Assembly (NCBI GenBank): GCA_041747555.1
Contig: JBGTEY010000013.1
Span: 16,814-80,813 of the forward strand
Direction of reading: 5' to 3'
From: Patescibacteria group bacterium
GTDB lineage: Bacteria; Patescibacteriota; Microgenomatia; UBA1400; PJMF01
Length of the DNA: 64,000 nt
Both the position numbers and the translations under genes were made by a program. Positions 46,288 through 56,062 of the stretch are shown in pieces. The notes beneath the pieces were generated by a model that ran no database searches, had not been told where the DNA came from, and saw only the letters and a list, made by a program, of their open reading frames with translations. How positions within the stretch are numbered: position 1 is the stretch's first letter; the number at the start of each line of letters is the position of its first letter.

Positions 46288-47346
46288 ATGTCGATTCAAG
46301 AAATTGAAACCATCCTCGGTGAAGAAGTAGAAACACTCCTTCATCACACCTGCACCAAGATTCCAAAAGAAAGTATTGTGATTCCAGGCGGTGATCATGT
46401 CACTCGAGTTTTTTCTGACAGTAATCGATCCGAAGCAGTAATTTCAAATCTGAAGCGTCTGTACAATCACGGCTCGCTATCTGGAACGGGATACATGTCC
46501 ATTTTCCCGGTTGATCAGGGAATGGAGCATACTGCGGCATACTCGTTTTATTCAAATCCCCAGTATTTTGATCCAGAAGTTATAGTCAAAATGGCAATTG
46601 AAGGCGGATGCAATGGCGTTGCCTCAACATCAGGTATTTTGGGCTTGGTATCAAAAAAATACGCTGACCAAATTCCATTTATTGTTAAAGCAAATCACAG
46701 TGAGCATCTGACATACCCTGAACAAACAAATCAATTGCTTTTTACGTCTGCCCAACAAATAGCTGATATGGGTGCTGCAGGCGTTGGAGCAACAATTTAT
46801 TTTGGTTCAGAGCAATCACATCGTCAAATACAAGAAATTGCAGCACTCTTCGAAGATGCCCACCAGAGGGGATTATTTACAATATTGTGGTGCTACCCAA
46901 GAAACGATGGGTATGAAAAAGATGGCACTGATTTCACTTCCTCCGCTGACATTACTGCACAAGCTATACACATCGGTGTGACACTTGGCGCTGACATTAT
47001 TAAGCAAAAAATGCCAACCTCCACAAGAGGATTTAGTAGTTTGGGTTTCAGCAAGTATGCTGAAGGTATGTACGATCAACTTCTCTCAGATCATCCAATC
47101 GATTTGGTCAGATATCAAGTTGCCCACAGTTATATGGGAAAAATCAGCATGATTAATTCCGGGGGCGAGTCCAAAGGAGACGATGACTTGCGTGCTGCGG
47201 TCAGAGCTGCAGTAATCAATAAACGAGGTGGCGGTGCTGGCTTAATTATGGGCAGAAAAGTCTTCAAGCGACCATTTGAGGAGGGCATCAAAATCCTCCA
47301 AGCAGTACAAAATGTGTATCACATGCCAGAAATTACTGTTGCGTAA
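46288..47346 (+). CDS. fbaB: Fructose-bisphosphate aldolase class I (FbaB/DhnA type)
   Basis: Collinear with E. coli FbaB: HHTCTKIPKESIVIPGGDHVTRV, GTGYMSIFPVDQGMEH, GATIYFGSE, ADIIKQKM, INSGG and KRGGGAGLIMGRK blocks. Confidence 0.85.
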   Translation: MSIQEIETILGEEVETLLHHTCTKIPKESIVIPGGDHVTRVFSDSNRSEAVISNLKRLYNHGSLSGTGYMSIFPVDQGMEHTAAYSFYSNPQYFDPEVIVKMAIEGGCNGVASTSGILGLVSKKYADQIPFIVKANHSEHLTYPEQTNQLLFTSAQQIADMGAAGVGATIYFGSEQSHRQIQEIAALFEDAHQRGLFTILWCYPRNDGYEKDGTDFTSSADITAQAIHIGVTLGADIIKQKMPTSTRGFSSLGFSKYAEGMYDQLLSDHPIDLVRYQVAHSYMGKISMINSGGESKGDDDLRAAVRAAVINKRGGGAGLIMGRKVFKRPFEEGIKILQAVQNVYHMPEITVA

Positions 47347-47406
47347 GGTCCAGGTTCGAAAAAAAATACTCACAAAAATGGTGCGATTAATGCTGGCAAA
47401 AGCTCG

Positions 47407-48636
47407 CTAGACCTGAAATGTACCGTCTTTATAGATAATTCGAGTACTTCCATCGCTCAATGTAGCCGTTACAGTTCTGTCGGTTGTTGAGACTATATCT
47501 GTATGTTCTGATGAGTCATTGAACCCCATTTTTTCCCATTCTGATTTTGAAACTGTCGCAGGGTCACCTCGGTAGCAATCTCGATACGCCATTCCAATGG
47601 CAACATGCGTGTTACCGTAGGGTCCTCCCACGTTTTCATCAAACAAAGTCTCAGCCATGGGATGTGTAATGCGCGACATTCTGGCATCGGTTAGTGAAAA
47701 TTCTCCCAATTTGTCTGCATTTTTCGTATTGAGCATTTCTTCTAGCAGTTTTTGCCCAGTACGAGCAGTTGCGCTTGTCACCAATCCTTTTTTAAACTCT
47801 AGTCGTGCGCCATCAATAACTGCGCCGTATCGATACACTGGTTGATTGAATTGAATCCAGCCTTCTGTCCCTCGCCAGTCAGGTGATGTAAATAGTTCAA
47901 AACTAGGTATGTTTCTACCCCGACCACCACTCCAAACTCTATTTGTACCCAGCTGAACATGGAGATCTGCATCTGCTCCAACCATATGGATTTTTTCTAT
48001 ACTCATTTTATTGAGACGATCCTTTATTTTCTTTTGCAGTCTATAGAGCGACTCCCATTCAGCAATTGGGTTTTGACTATCCAAGAAACATGCTTGAATG
48101 ATTTGTTTCCAGTAATCCTCAAGCGAGAGGCCAACAATTTTTGCTTTTGCCTCAGTACCCCAAAGAGCAAGTGTCCAGGTGTATTTACCGCTATTTTCTT
48201 TATCAATCAGTAAATCTCGAAATGGTTTTTTTGCGTTGCGCGCAAGCATAATTTTGGCAGGATCGGTACTAGAAAGTTCTGTAGGATCAACATCAGCAAT
48301 AATACCGATAGTATGATCAATCAATTTAGCACGTTCTTTTAGAAATTCTTCAGGAAAAAATGTCAATTGTTTGTCAGATGCCAATGCATAAAAGGTACGA
48401 TCAAAACCGGTTGGTAGTAATTTGATGAGAGGTTGTGCACCAGCTTCAAGAAGCACATTTTGTAAATGAAATGCTAATGGCTTGGCGACATCAGGCACCA
48501 AACATTGAACTACATCACCTTTTTTCACCCCTTTTCCGCTGTTAAGTGCAAAAAGTACCAGAACGCGAGCATATTTTTCGAGTAACTCATCTGGTGGTAC
48601 ATACTGTTGCATCACGGTTCGGTGATAATTAGACAT
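47407..48636 (-). CDS. Aminopeptidase, M29 (AmpS/PepS) family-like
   Basis: 409 aa. N-terminal EKYARVLV..ALN..KGD and C-terminal GNTHVAIG pattern consistent with thermophilic-type aminopeptidases. Confidence 0.55.
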   Translation of the reverse strand: MSNYHRTVMQQYVPPDELLEKYARVLVLFALNSGKGVKKGDVVQCLVPDVAKPLAFHLQNVLLEAGAQPLIKLLPTGFDRTFYALASDKQLTFFPEEFLKERAKLIDHTIGIIADVDPTELSSTDPAKIMLARNAKKPFRDLLIDKENSGKYTWTLALWGTEAKAKIVGLSLEDYWKQIIQACFLDSQNPIAEWESLYRLQKKIKDRLNKMSIEKIHMVGADADLHVQLGTNRVWSGGRGRNIPSFELFTSPDWRGTEGWIQFNQPVYRYGAVIDGARLEFKKGLVTSATARTGQKLLEEMLNTKNADKLGEFSLTDARMSRITHPMAETLFDENVGGPYGNTHVAIGMAYRDCYRGDPATVSKSEWEKMGFNDSSEHTDIVSTTDRTVTATLSDGSTRIIYKDGTFQV

Positions 48637-48645
48637 ATATCCTTT

Positions 48646-49251
48646 CTAGTTTTTTGGTGATTTATTCAAAGAGGTAGTTGTCACGAGGTGATCTTTTACT
48701 TTCATGAATGCACGTGCGCGGTGAGAGTATTTGGCTTTATATTCAGAGCCCAATTGCGCAAAGGTATCTGTCTCCCCATCTGGGGTAAAAATAGGATCGT
48801 AACCAAAACCAGCAGATCCTGAAGGCTGCTCTGCAATTTTCCCTGTTATAACTCCTTCAAAATAAAGTGGTTCAGCACCCTCTTGCAAGAGGCATGCAAC
48901 TGTAACAAAACGGGCCGAGCGATCTCCAGCGGTAGCAATTCGATTGAGGAGCGCTTGATTCTTTTCGCCGTCGGTACCAGGATGCCAACGATTACTCGCC
49001 ACCCCAGGTTCGTTATTGAGAGCTGTGACTTCTAAACCTGAGTCATCAGCAACACAGAGTTTGTGCGTTACATTTGAATAAAATGCAGCCTTAATGTAGG
49101 CATTTTCTGCGAACGTGGTACCTGTTTCTTCAACATCCACATCTTGCATACTAACGTCTGCCAGTGAAAATATGGTCAACGGTAGATCTTGAAAAATTTC
49201 TTTGATCTCGGATAATTTATTTGAATTTGTTGTCGCTACGACGAGGTCCAT
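48646..49251 (-). CDS. rdgB: Non-canonical purine NTP pyrophosphatase (RdgB/Ham1)
   Basis: LVVATTNSNKLSEIKEIF... and GFGYDPIF motifs. Start set at MDLVV. Confidence 0.8.
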   Translation of the reverse strand: MDLVVATTNSNKLSEIKEIFQDLPLTIFSLADVSMQDVDVEETGTTFAENAYIKAAFYSNVTHKLCVADDSGLEVTALNNEPGVASNRWHPGTDGEKNQALLNRIATAGDRSARFVTVACLLQEGAEPLYFEGVITGKIAEQPSGSAGFGYDPIFTPDGETDTFAQLGSEYKAKYSHRARAFMKVKDHLVTTTSLNKSPKN

Positions 49252-49255
49252 GCTA

Positions 49256-49540
49256 TTAGTTTCCACCCCCAAGCATACCTGACAATCCACCAGTCATGCT
49301 TTGTAGTTTCTTGGCTGCAAGCTCTTGAGATTGCTTGATTGCTTTATTAAGAACATCAATGACTTCACTGCTTGAAACGCCCTGAACTGATAGTTTATGA
49401 ATTGTTTGATCCCCACCAATTACAACAACCACATCACCTTCTTCTAGAGTGATTCGCTCATTTGCAAGCTCATCTTGCATTTGCTTTGCTTGCTTTCTGA
49501 GATTATTGAGGTCTCCAAGTGCTTTAAACGGATTTGCCAT
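49256..49540 (-). CDS. ybaB: Nucleoid-associated protein YbaB/EbfC
   Basis: 94 aa: FKALGDLNNLRKQAKQMQDEL...GGDQTIHKLSV. Immediately downstream of dnaX. Confidence 0.85.
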   Translation of the reverse strand: MANPFKALGDLNNLRKQAKQMQDELANERITLEEGDVVVVIGGDQTIHKLSVQGVSSSEVIDVLNKAIKQSQELAAKKLQSMTGGLSGMLGGGN

Positions 49541-49638
49541 AGTTCCTTTCGAGGTAAGTCTTTTCTATTTGTGAGTCACACTATTGTAGCAAATAATCAG
49601 CGGAACACGATAGTTATTTTCTTAGCACGAGCAACAGT

Positions 49639-51210
49639 TTAAAGAAGTGCTTTCGCGGCGAGTGTTTCAAGTGAGGTAGAGTCACTAACCTCAATTACGT
49701 CTGCTGTTTCTGGTACATCTGCTTTGATAAATGTTAACGAAACATGTCCTCCACAGAGCATTGCGATAGGTTTACTCAAAATCGCTGCTATCTTTGGGCC
49801 CTGCAGTTGTTCTTGATGAAAAGAATAGTAGACCCGAATCGTCGCCGATCCGTGTTCACCAGAAATTGGCTTCGCAGATCGAATAAGCGCCGCAACGGTA
49901 GAATTTTCATTAGCCACAAGTTCGGCAAACTGTTCCCATTTTGTGCAAAGGATATGGCCGTCACCAGCTGCAGTACTCACCGTATCAGCAAATTTTTGTG
50001 TCACGGGCATTTCATAATCTAAATCTAATGCAGGCTCCAAAGCCTCGATAAGTGCTTTTTTTGATACTGGCGCATGTTTTTTTGTGCTACTACTGGACTT
50101 GCGAACAGGTTCCCCATCTGCTCCGCCTCCTCCAGATTTTTTCTGAGAGCGTGCAATAATCTCTAAAGCTTTTAGCTCAAGTGGTAGGAGTGGAATTGGA
50201 CTCGAGTATGTCAGTACTTCATCAGAAAACTCTTGTAATAAAAATGTGCACACTCGAACATTTAGTGATGATGAATTGTCATCATTCTCGATGGCCAATG
50301 TCATCGAATCATGTAAGTATTCGAGCAACTGTTGATGAAGATATTGTTGTTGTACCTTATTGTCCCTTAATTTTGAAAATAGCGTGACTACTTCCTTAGC
50401 ATCTTTATTTAAAATTGATGTCACAATCGATTGTACCTGTTCGACTAATGAACCTGACGAAACAGACCGTACAGATTCTGTGGAGATTGCACCGGATCGT
50501 GATGCATGCTCTGCCAACTTGATTGCATCACGAAAACTACCATCTGATTGAAGTATAATTTCAGTCAATCCCGCTTCATCAAACGGTATTTTTTCAGATT
50601 CAAGCACATTCGAAATTGCTTCAGAAAGTTCCTCGGGCGAAGCCTTGTGAAATTGAATAACCTGACATCGTGAAAGAACTGTAGCAGGAATTTTATGCAT
50701 TTCAGTTGTAGCAAGGATGAAAATCGCATGACTTGGTGGTTCTTCAAGAACTTTAAGTAACGCATTAAATGCCTCGGTAGTTAGCATGTGTGCTTCATCT
50801 AAAATATAGACCGACACACTTCCTTCTTGAGGTGGGAGGGCGACGCGTTCTTTTAGTTGTCGAACGTCATCAATTCCACGATTGCTGGCAGCATCCATTT
50901 CATTCACTACATACGATTCACCGCGAAATATCTTTGACACGAGCGGCTCTGTTAAATCTGGACTAGAAAATGACGTTGATTTGCCTGAACCACTTCGAAT
51001 ACTTTCGAGAGATTTTGCATTATTTGGATCGTTCAATGTAGCACCAATAATTCGTGATGCGGAAGTCTTTCCCGTACCCTTTGGGCCCGCAAACAATAAC
51101 GCTTGAGGAAAAATTCCACTGGTAAAAAGTGACTGCAGTTGTTCCCGAACGGATTTCAAATGTAGCTCGTCAACAGACGTTGGACGATATTTTCGATTCC
51201 AATTACTCAT
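49639..51210 (-). CDS. dnaX: DNA polymerase III subunit gamma/tau
   Basis: KYRPTSVDEL...LLFAGPKGTGKTS Walker A, DEAHML, SR-C motif. Confidence 0.9.
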   Translation of the reverse strand: MSNWNRKYRPTSVDELHLKSVREQLQSLFTSGIFPQALLFAGPKGTGKTSASRIIGATLNDPNNAKSLESIRSGSGKSTSFSSPDLTEPLVSKIFRGESYVVNEMDAASNRGIDDVRQLKERVALPPQEGSVSVYILDEAHMLTTEAFNALLKVLEEPPSHAIFILATTEMHKIPATVLSRCQVIQFHKASPEELSEAISNVLESEKIPFDEAGLTEIILQSDGSFRDAIKLAEHASRSGAISTESVRSVSSGSLVEQVQSIVTSILNKDAKEVVTLFSKLRDNKVQQQYLHQQLLEYLHDSMTLAIENDDNSSSLNVRVCTFLLQEFSDEVLTYSSPIPLLPLELKALEIIARSQKKSGGGGADGEPVRKSSSSTKKHAPVSKKALIEALEPALDLDYEMPVTQKFADTVSTAAGDGHILCTKWEQFAELVANENSTVAALIRSAKPISGEHGSATIRVYYSFHQEQLQGPKIAAILSKPIAMLCGGHVSLTFIKADVPETADVIEVSDSTSLETLAAKALL

Positions 51211-51592
51211 GGTGGTACCCTAACAAATGCATAATTCCATGCTGCAAATAAAAGCACAGCTGATCATCAACTAGTTTACCGTAACGTTTTGCCGAAGCAA
51301 CCGCTTCAGGAAAACTAATGACAATATCTCCTAAATGTGGAGCCACACCTTCTGGAAGGGGAAAATCGTCAAGCTGATTCTTTTCATGCTGAGGAAACGA
51401 CAGCACATCTGTTGAACCAGCATGACCAAGTTTGGATTCATTTAATGTCTTTATTTTCCTTGATCCGACAATTGAAATATCAATTTGAGCATCTTCAACT
51501 CCCTGATCTTGCAATGATTTTTTTGCACATGCACGAAGCTTTTTGCGATCAACCGGATATCTCGAGCCAATAAATAGGTGAATGGTAATCAT
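51203..51592 (-). CDS. ybeY: Endoribonuclease YbeY
   Basis: TDVLSFP and HGIMHLLGYHHE (H-x3-H-x5-H). Confidence 0.85.
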   Translation of the reverse strand: MITIHLFIGSRYPVDRKKLRACAKKSLQDQGVEDAQIDISIVGSRKIKTLNESKLGHAGSTDVLSFPQHEKNQLDDFPLPEGVAPHLGDIVISFPEAVASAKRYGKLVDDQLCFYLQHGIMHLLGYHHE

Positions 51593-51927
51593 GGCGTTTC
51601 ACCATCAGACAATATGCTGAGGAGTGTTCTTTCTATTTTTTCAACAATTATGGGTAGCACATCAGTATGCTGCTCTTTAAACGTATCAAAAAAATCAGTG
51701 TCAGTATACCTGAAGATAAACGAATTCATAAATTGTTGGCGCCCCTGAACCGTTGAAAGGCTTTCTAATATGATTGAAAGTGTTGTGTAGTTAATAAACG
51801 TAATCAGTTCTTGCAACACACTTGAAAAATTATCATTACTTTGTGTAGATAGAAAAGCATCAATCTGCTCAGATGGCAAGAGCGGTGAAAAAAATATATT
51901 GGAGAGTGCAGGATGAAGCTTCGTCAT
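51589..51927 (-). CDS. Hypothetical protein
   Basis: ORF only, coupled within the gltX-ybeY operon. Confidence 0.3.
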   Translation of the reverse strand: MTKLHPALSNIFFSPLLPSEQIDAFLSTQSNDNFSSVLQELITFINYTTLSIILESLSTVQGRQQFMNSFIFRYTDTDFFDTFKEQHTDVLPIIVEKIERTLLSILSDGETP

Positions 51928-52805
51928 GAGAGGGTTGGATGATGGAGTGGAATTATTCCAAGCGGTACTTCATTTTTTGGATCATCGACTAAGTAGAGAA
52001 TACATTTACCATTCGCTTTTGGACTCCAAAATAACCCGTCACGAATAAGTGCTGGGGAGCCAGTGCATTGAAATAATGTGTCGAGCGTTGGTGCAATATC
52101 ACCAACAACTGCAATTACCGCTCTCGCATCAGCAGGATTAATGACCACAATTTTGATATTCTTATAGGCACCCCTTAGATCATGAGATTCTTGCGACCAT
52201 TCGGGTAGGTTTTGAAGTGGCAGACCAAGTACGTATGTGGCCACATTAGAGTTCACAACATCAGTGTGCGGATAGCCAAATGCCGATCTGTAGCGCCTAA
52301 CGCCAGCCTCCCTAATGCGGCCAGAAGTTGTAGCTCTCTCATTATTTAGTGGCAAATGCTGATCAGCATAGATGGTGCCGGACATGGTTGGTAAGGTGAG
52401 CGATTTTAGACGAGAGCAAACGGTAAATCCAAAAATATCGCTCAATTGTTGTTCTAAGTAGAGTGCGGTCTCATCTGGTGGTGAACCTGGCGGCAGCTGG
52501 GAAAGCGCTTTGAGCTTATCAAGTACTATCTGAAACTCTTCGAGTGAGATATCCCATGCTATTTCTGGGGCATGACTCGATTCATTTGACAATGCTTGCG
52601 ATACTTGGCTCTCTACTGACAACGTAGCAGGGTAGGAAACCGACCCATATTCATGTATGACAATATCAGCGAGTTGTTCGACAGCGTCTTCTTTAATGGA
52701 GTCTTGTAGTTCGGGATACGTATTCAAAACTTTTGAGCGCAGTTCTTTGTTCAGTGACTTTAACTTGATTAAATGGGCAGATTGAGTTGTCATAATATGT
52801 TTCAA
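51924..52805 (-). CDS. Hypothetical protein; C-terminal region weakly resembles a 3D/MltA-like double-psi barrel
   Basis: ...IVVINPADARAVIAVVGD...QCTGSPALIRDGLFW is loosely reminiscent of the 3D-domain DTGGAIKGNRIDLF block. Weak. Confidence 0.3.
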   Translation of the reverse strand: MKHIMTTQSAHLIKLKSLNKELRSKVLNTYPELQDSIKEDAVEQLADIVIHEYGSVSYPATLSVESQVSQALSNESSHAPEIAWDISLEEFQIVLDKLKALSQLPPGSPPDETALYLEQQLSDIFGFTVCSRLKSLTLPTMSGTIYADQHLPLNNERATTSGRIREAGVRRYRSAFGYPHTDVVNSNVATYVLGLPLQNLPEWSQESHDLRGAYKNIKIVVINPADARAVIAVVGDIAPTLDTLFQCTGSPALIRDGLFWSPKANGKCILYLVDDPKNEVPLGIIPLHHPTLS

Positions 52806-54241
52806 ACTGAAAGCGCATCACTTTGAATCAGTAATCGACTCAATACCTTTTCTTTTCCGAGCACCTCCATAGTTTCAAAAAGTGGGGGGGTGGCAGTTTT
52901 GCCGGTAATCGCAACACGGAGCATCATGAAGTACTGACGCTTGTGCCAGCTGCGCTCCTCCTGTAGATCTCGGATGTGACGTTCAATTTCTTCCACGGTC
53001 CAATCATCTATCCGAGAAAGTACATCCTTGGTTTCTGCAAGTTGATTTGTGACTTCTGTGGCAGTTGATTTTTTGGTAAGAAGTTGAGGATCAATAGTAA
53101 TTGAACGGTAAAAAAAGGTGGTATGCTCCTCAATATCGCGCAAGGTTACTAAGCGGTCAGCAACAAGTGGAAGAATTTTATGAAGTGCATCATTTGGAAA
53201 ATCATCCGGTAAAAAAGGGTGAATTCTTCGCTCAAGTTCTGCTGAAGGAAGCAATCTAATATATTGTCCGTTTATCCACTCTAATTTTTTGACATCAAAA
53301 ACTACCGACTTAGGGCTAATATCTTTTGGATCAAATTCTTGAATGTACTCATGCAACGTCAACATTTCTCGCTGATCTTGCGGTGTCCATCCTAGAATCA
53401 TAAAAAAATTAAGAAGTGCCTCTGGAAGATAACCAGCGTCAAGGAAAGATTGAGCAGAAACTGTACCTTTTCGCTTACTCATTTTACCTTTTCCATCTGG
53501 ATTGAGAAAAACGGGTATATGGCCATATACGGGAGGCTCCCATCCGAAAGCTCGATATAAAAGTACGTGTTTCGGTGTAGAACTTATCCATTCTTCACCG
53601 CGCAGAACATGGGTAATTTCCATTTCATGGTCATCAGCAACGACCGCGAGATGATAGGTCGGGAAACCGTCAGATTTTAGCAATACCTGATCATCAACAC
53701 TTGCTGAAGGAGTTGTAATCTCGCCACGAATCATATCGTCAAATGATACTGGTTCATCATCTGGAACTAGTAGTCGAATGACATATTCTTCACCAGCGTC
53801 AATTTGTTTTTTAATTTCTGATTGCTTACTAACACAGTGGCGATCATATTTTGGTGGTTGTTTGTCCTTTTGCTGTTGTTCACGTAGGGCAGACAGTCTG
53901 TCCGGGGAGCAGGTGCAGTAATACGCAGCGCCATCTTCAACAAGTTTAAGTGCATAGTCTTTGTACCTACTCAATCTTTGAGATTGCACGTACGGCTCAT
54001 GAGGACCTCCTTTTTCGGGACCTTCATCCCAATCGAGACCATATGCCTTAATCACGCTCAAAATCTTTTCTACAGCACCTGGAACAAGTCGAAATTGATC
54101 GGTATCCTCAATTCTCAAAATAAATGCACCATCGTGCTTTTTGGCAAACGCGTAGTTTTTGAGTAACGTAGCAATATGACCGACGTGATACTCACCAGTC
54201 GGACTTGGAGCCATTCGGGTTCGAATGATTTGTGTATTCAT
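52802..54241 (-). CDS. gltX: Glutamyl-tRNA synthetase
   Basis: RMAPSPTGEYHVGH (HIGH) and KMSKRKG (KMSKS). Start set at the ATG giving MNTQIIRTRMAPSPTG. Confidence 0.85.
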   Translation of the reverse strand: MNTQIIRTRMAPSPTGEYHVGHIATLLKNYAFAKKHDGAFILRIEDTDQFRLVPGAVEKILSVIKAYGLDWDEGPEKGGPHEPYVQSQRLSRYKDYALKLVEDGAAYYCTCSPDRLSALREQQQKDKQPPKYDRHCVSKQSEIKKQIDAGEEYVIRLLVPDDEPVSFDDMIRGEITTPSASVDDQVLLKSDGFPTYHLAVVADDHEMEITHVLRGEEWISSTPKHVLLYRAFGWEPPVYGHIPVFLNPDGKGKMSKRKGTVSAQSFLDAGYLPEALLNFFMILGWTPQDQREMLTLHEYIQEFDPKDISPKSVVFDVKKLEWINGQYIRLLPSAELERRIHPFLPDDFPNDALHKILPLVADRLVTLRDIEEHTTFFYRSITIDPQLLTKKSTATEVTNQLAETKDVLSRIDDWTVEEIERHIRDLQEERSWHKRQYFMMLRVAITGKTATPPLFETMEVLGKEKVLSRLLIQSDALSV

Positions 54242-54260
54242 AGTGACATTATACAGGTAC

Positions 54261-55346
54261 TTATCGAGTGCTTTGGATGAACTCTGGATCAACTGCACTC
54301 ACAAACCCTAAGAACCCATCTTCTGGATTTGAAAATACATAAATTGGTTGGAGATACTCCTGTTCTTCGAAGTCGTCGTAATAGCCAAGAGAGACTGATC
54401 TGATAACTGCGGTTTCATTTGCGGCGGGATGAGCAATATACCCTTCCCCAGCCTGCAACACCTGCCATGCTTCTTGAGAGGTTCGTATTGGATACGTATG
54501 AACCTGAGAGTAATCAACGGGAGAATAATAAGAGGCAATTTCAACGATAGAATCATCAGCGCGAAATGAACCACTGATGACTGCAGAAATAACGCCCGTC
54601 AACCCTTCTGGGCTATACATCCTGTACCTATTGTCAATTGGTGTGCGAAACAAATCAACCTGAAGATAATCGGCGTCAGATGGGGAAACTGCCTCCTCAA
54701 GCTCGCCGCCAATCGCCTTCATATATACAACCTCACCTGAAGCAGTCGCAACGTCGGATGGTAACAACCTTGCACCCTTCATCCAGTTTTTTACGGTGTC
54801 TACTGCTTTAAAGGTAGTTGGCACGCTGCTTCCCAAAAGTAACTCTGGCCGTGACAAATAATCAGTTGTCATTTCAAAATGATGATTTCGCGTGTTGAGC
54901 TCAAGCGTTGATTGAAGCGGCTCAGATTTTGTCCATCGATACCGCTCATTGCTTAAAATTTCTGGGTCAAATAGAAACCCAAATTCACTCGCAATGGAAC
55001 GTGCGCGCTGGTCGTCGAGTAAACTCGACGCAGCCTTTGGCATAAAGAACACTTTAGCGCGATCACCAAATTCTGGCAAGCGACCGTCTGCAGTTTCTAG
55101 TCGATATGAAATCGGGTTATCCTCTGATCCATCTGGAAATTGCAGCGTTGGCAAAGCCCCAAAACCAACAGTTGGCGGGGGCGGAGGAGGCGGATGCGTG
55201 GCTTTCCAGTATGCTATAAATGCGTTTATCGATACCCTACCAACCATGAGCACAACCAATCCCACTAGACCAAATTTGACAACTTGTCGACCCATTTGAG
55301 TTACATTAGTGAGTGTTGGTCCAACTGATTGTGGTGTGGTTGGCAT
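54261..55346 (-). CDS. Membrane-anchored extracytoplasmic hypothetical protein with a poly-Pro linker
   Basis: N-terminal TM (FGLVGLVVLMVG), PPPPPPP, then a roughly 300-aa hydrophilic domain. Confidence 0.35.
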   Translation of the reverse strand: MPTTPQSVGPTLTNVTQMGRQVVKFGLVGLVVLMVGRVSINAFIAYWKATHPPPPPPPTVGFGALPTLQFPDGSEDNPISYRLETADGRLPEFGDRAKVFFMPKAASSLLDDQRARSIASEFGFLFDPEILSNERYRWTKSEPLQSTLELNTRNHHFEMTTDYLSRPELLLGSSVPTTFKAVDTVKNWMKGARLLPSDVATASGEVVYMKAIGGELEEAVSPSDADYLQVDLFRTPIDNRYRMYSPEGLTGVISAVISGSFRADDSIVEIASYYSPVDYSQVHTYPIRTSQEAWQVLQAGEGYIAHPAANETAVIRSVSLGYYDDFEEQEYLQPIYVFSNPEDGFLGFVSAVDPEFIQSTR

Positions 55347-55405
55347 AAGCTAGGAGAATGATAGCAGGTAATGACGCTCTAATAAATAGGACGTATAATG
55401 GTTGT

Positions 55406-56062
55406 ATGCTGTTTGACATTTTAACTTTATTCCCAGAATTTTTTACTGGGCCACTTCATCAATCAATGCTCAAAAGAGCTGCCGTTACTCCCACGGTTGA
55501 ATACAATGTGGTTGATATCCGCACGTTTGCTGATCTTCCTCACAAACTTACTGATGATCGCCCATTTGGCGGTGGACCTGGTATGGTTATGAAAATCGAA
55601 CCCATTGCTCGCGCGCTCAAGCATCTAGATGCAAAAAAAGGCACTGCTCACCAGAAAATACTTCTAACTTCCGCAAAAGGAGAAATGTACACCCAAACTG
55701 TTGCGCGTGAGTGGTCTGAACTTGAGAGAATTGTGATTATTTGCGGTCATTATGAAGGTGTTGATGAGCGCGTAGCCGAGCATTTAATAGATGCAGAGGT
55801 AAGGATTGGAGACTATGTGCTCACTGGTGGTGAGCCAGCTGCACTCGTTATGATCGATTCACTCGTCCGCCTCCAACCTACTGTGCTCGGTAACCAAGAA
55901 AGCTTGGAAGGTGAGTCTCATGACACTCCCGGGAAACTCGGTTATCCACAGTATACGAGACCAAGGGAGTATCAAACATGGGCGGTTCCAGATGTATTGC
56001 TATCAGGAGATCACGAAAAAATTATCAAGTGGCGTCAGTTGCAAGAGCGTCAAGATCAATAA
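55406..56062 (+). CDS. trmD: tRNA (guanine37-N1)-methyltransferase
   Basis: MLFDILTLFPEFF N-terminus and the GGGPGMVM motif. Confidence 0.85.
   Translation: MLFDILTLFPEFFTGPLHQSMLKRAAVTPTVEYNVVDIRTFADLPHKLTDDRPFGGGPGMVMKIEPIARALKHLDAKKGTAHQKILLTSAKGEMYTQTVAREWSELERIVIICGHYEGVDERVAEHLIDAEVRIGDYVLTGGEPAALVMIDSLVRLQPTVLGNQESLEGESHDTPGKLGYPQYTRPREYQTWAVPDVLLSGDHEKIIKWRQLQERQDQ

Noticed and set aside
47347-47406. Terminator between convergent fbaB and aminopeptidase genes
   Set aside because: Only a 4-bp GGTC/GACC complementarity around an A8 run. No convincing hairpin.
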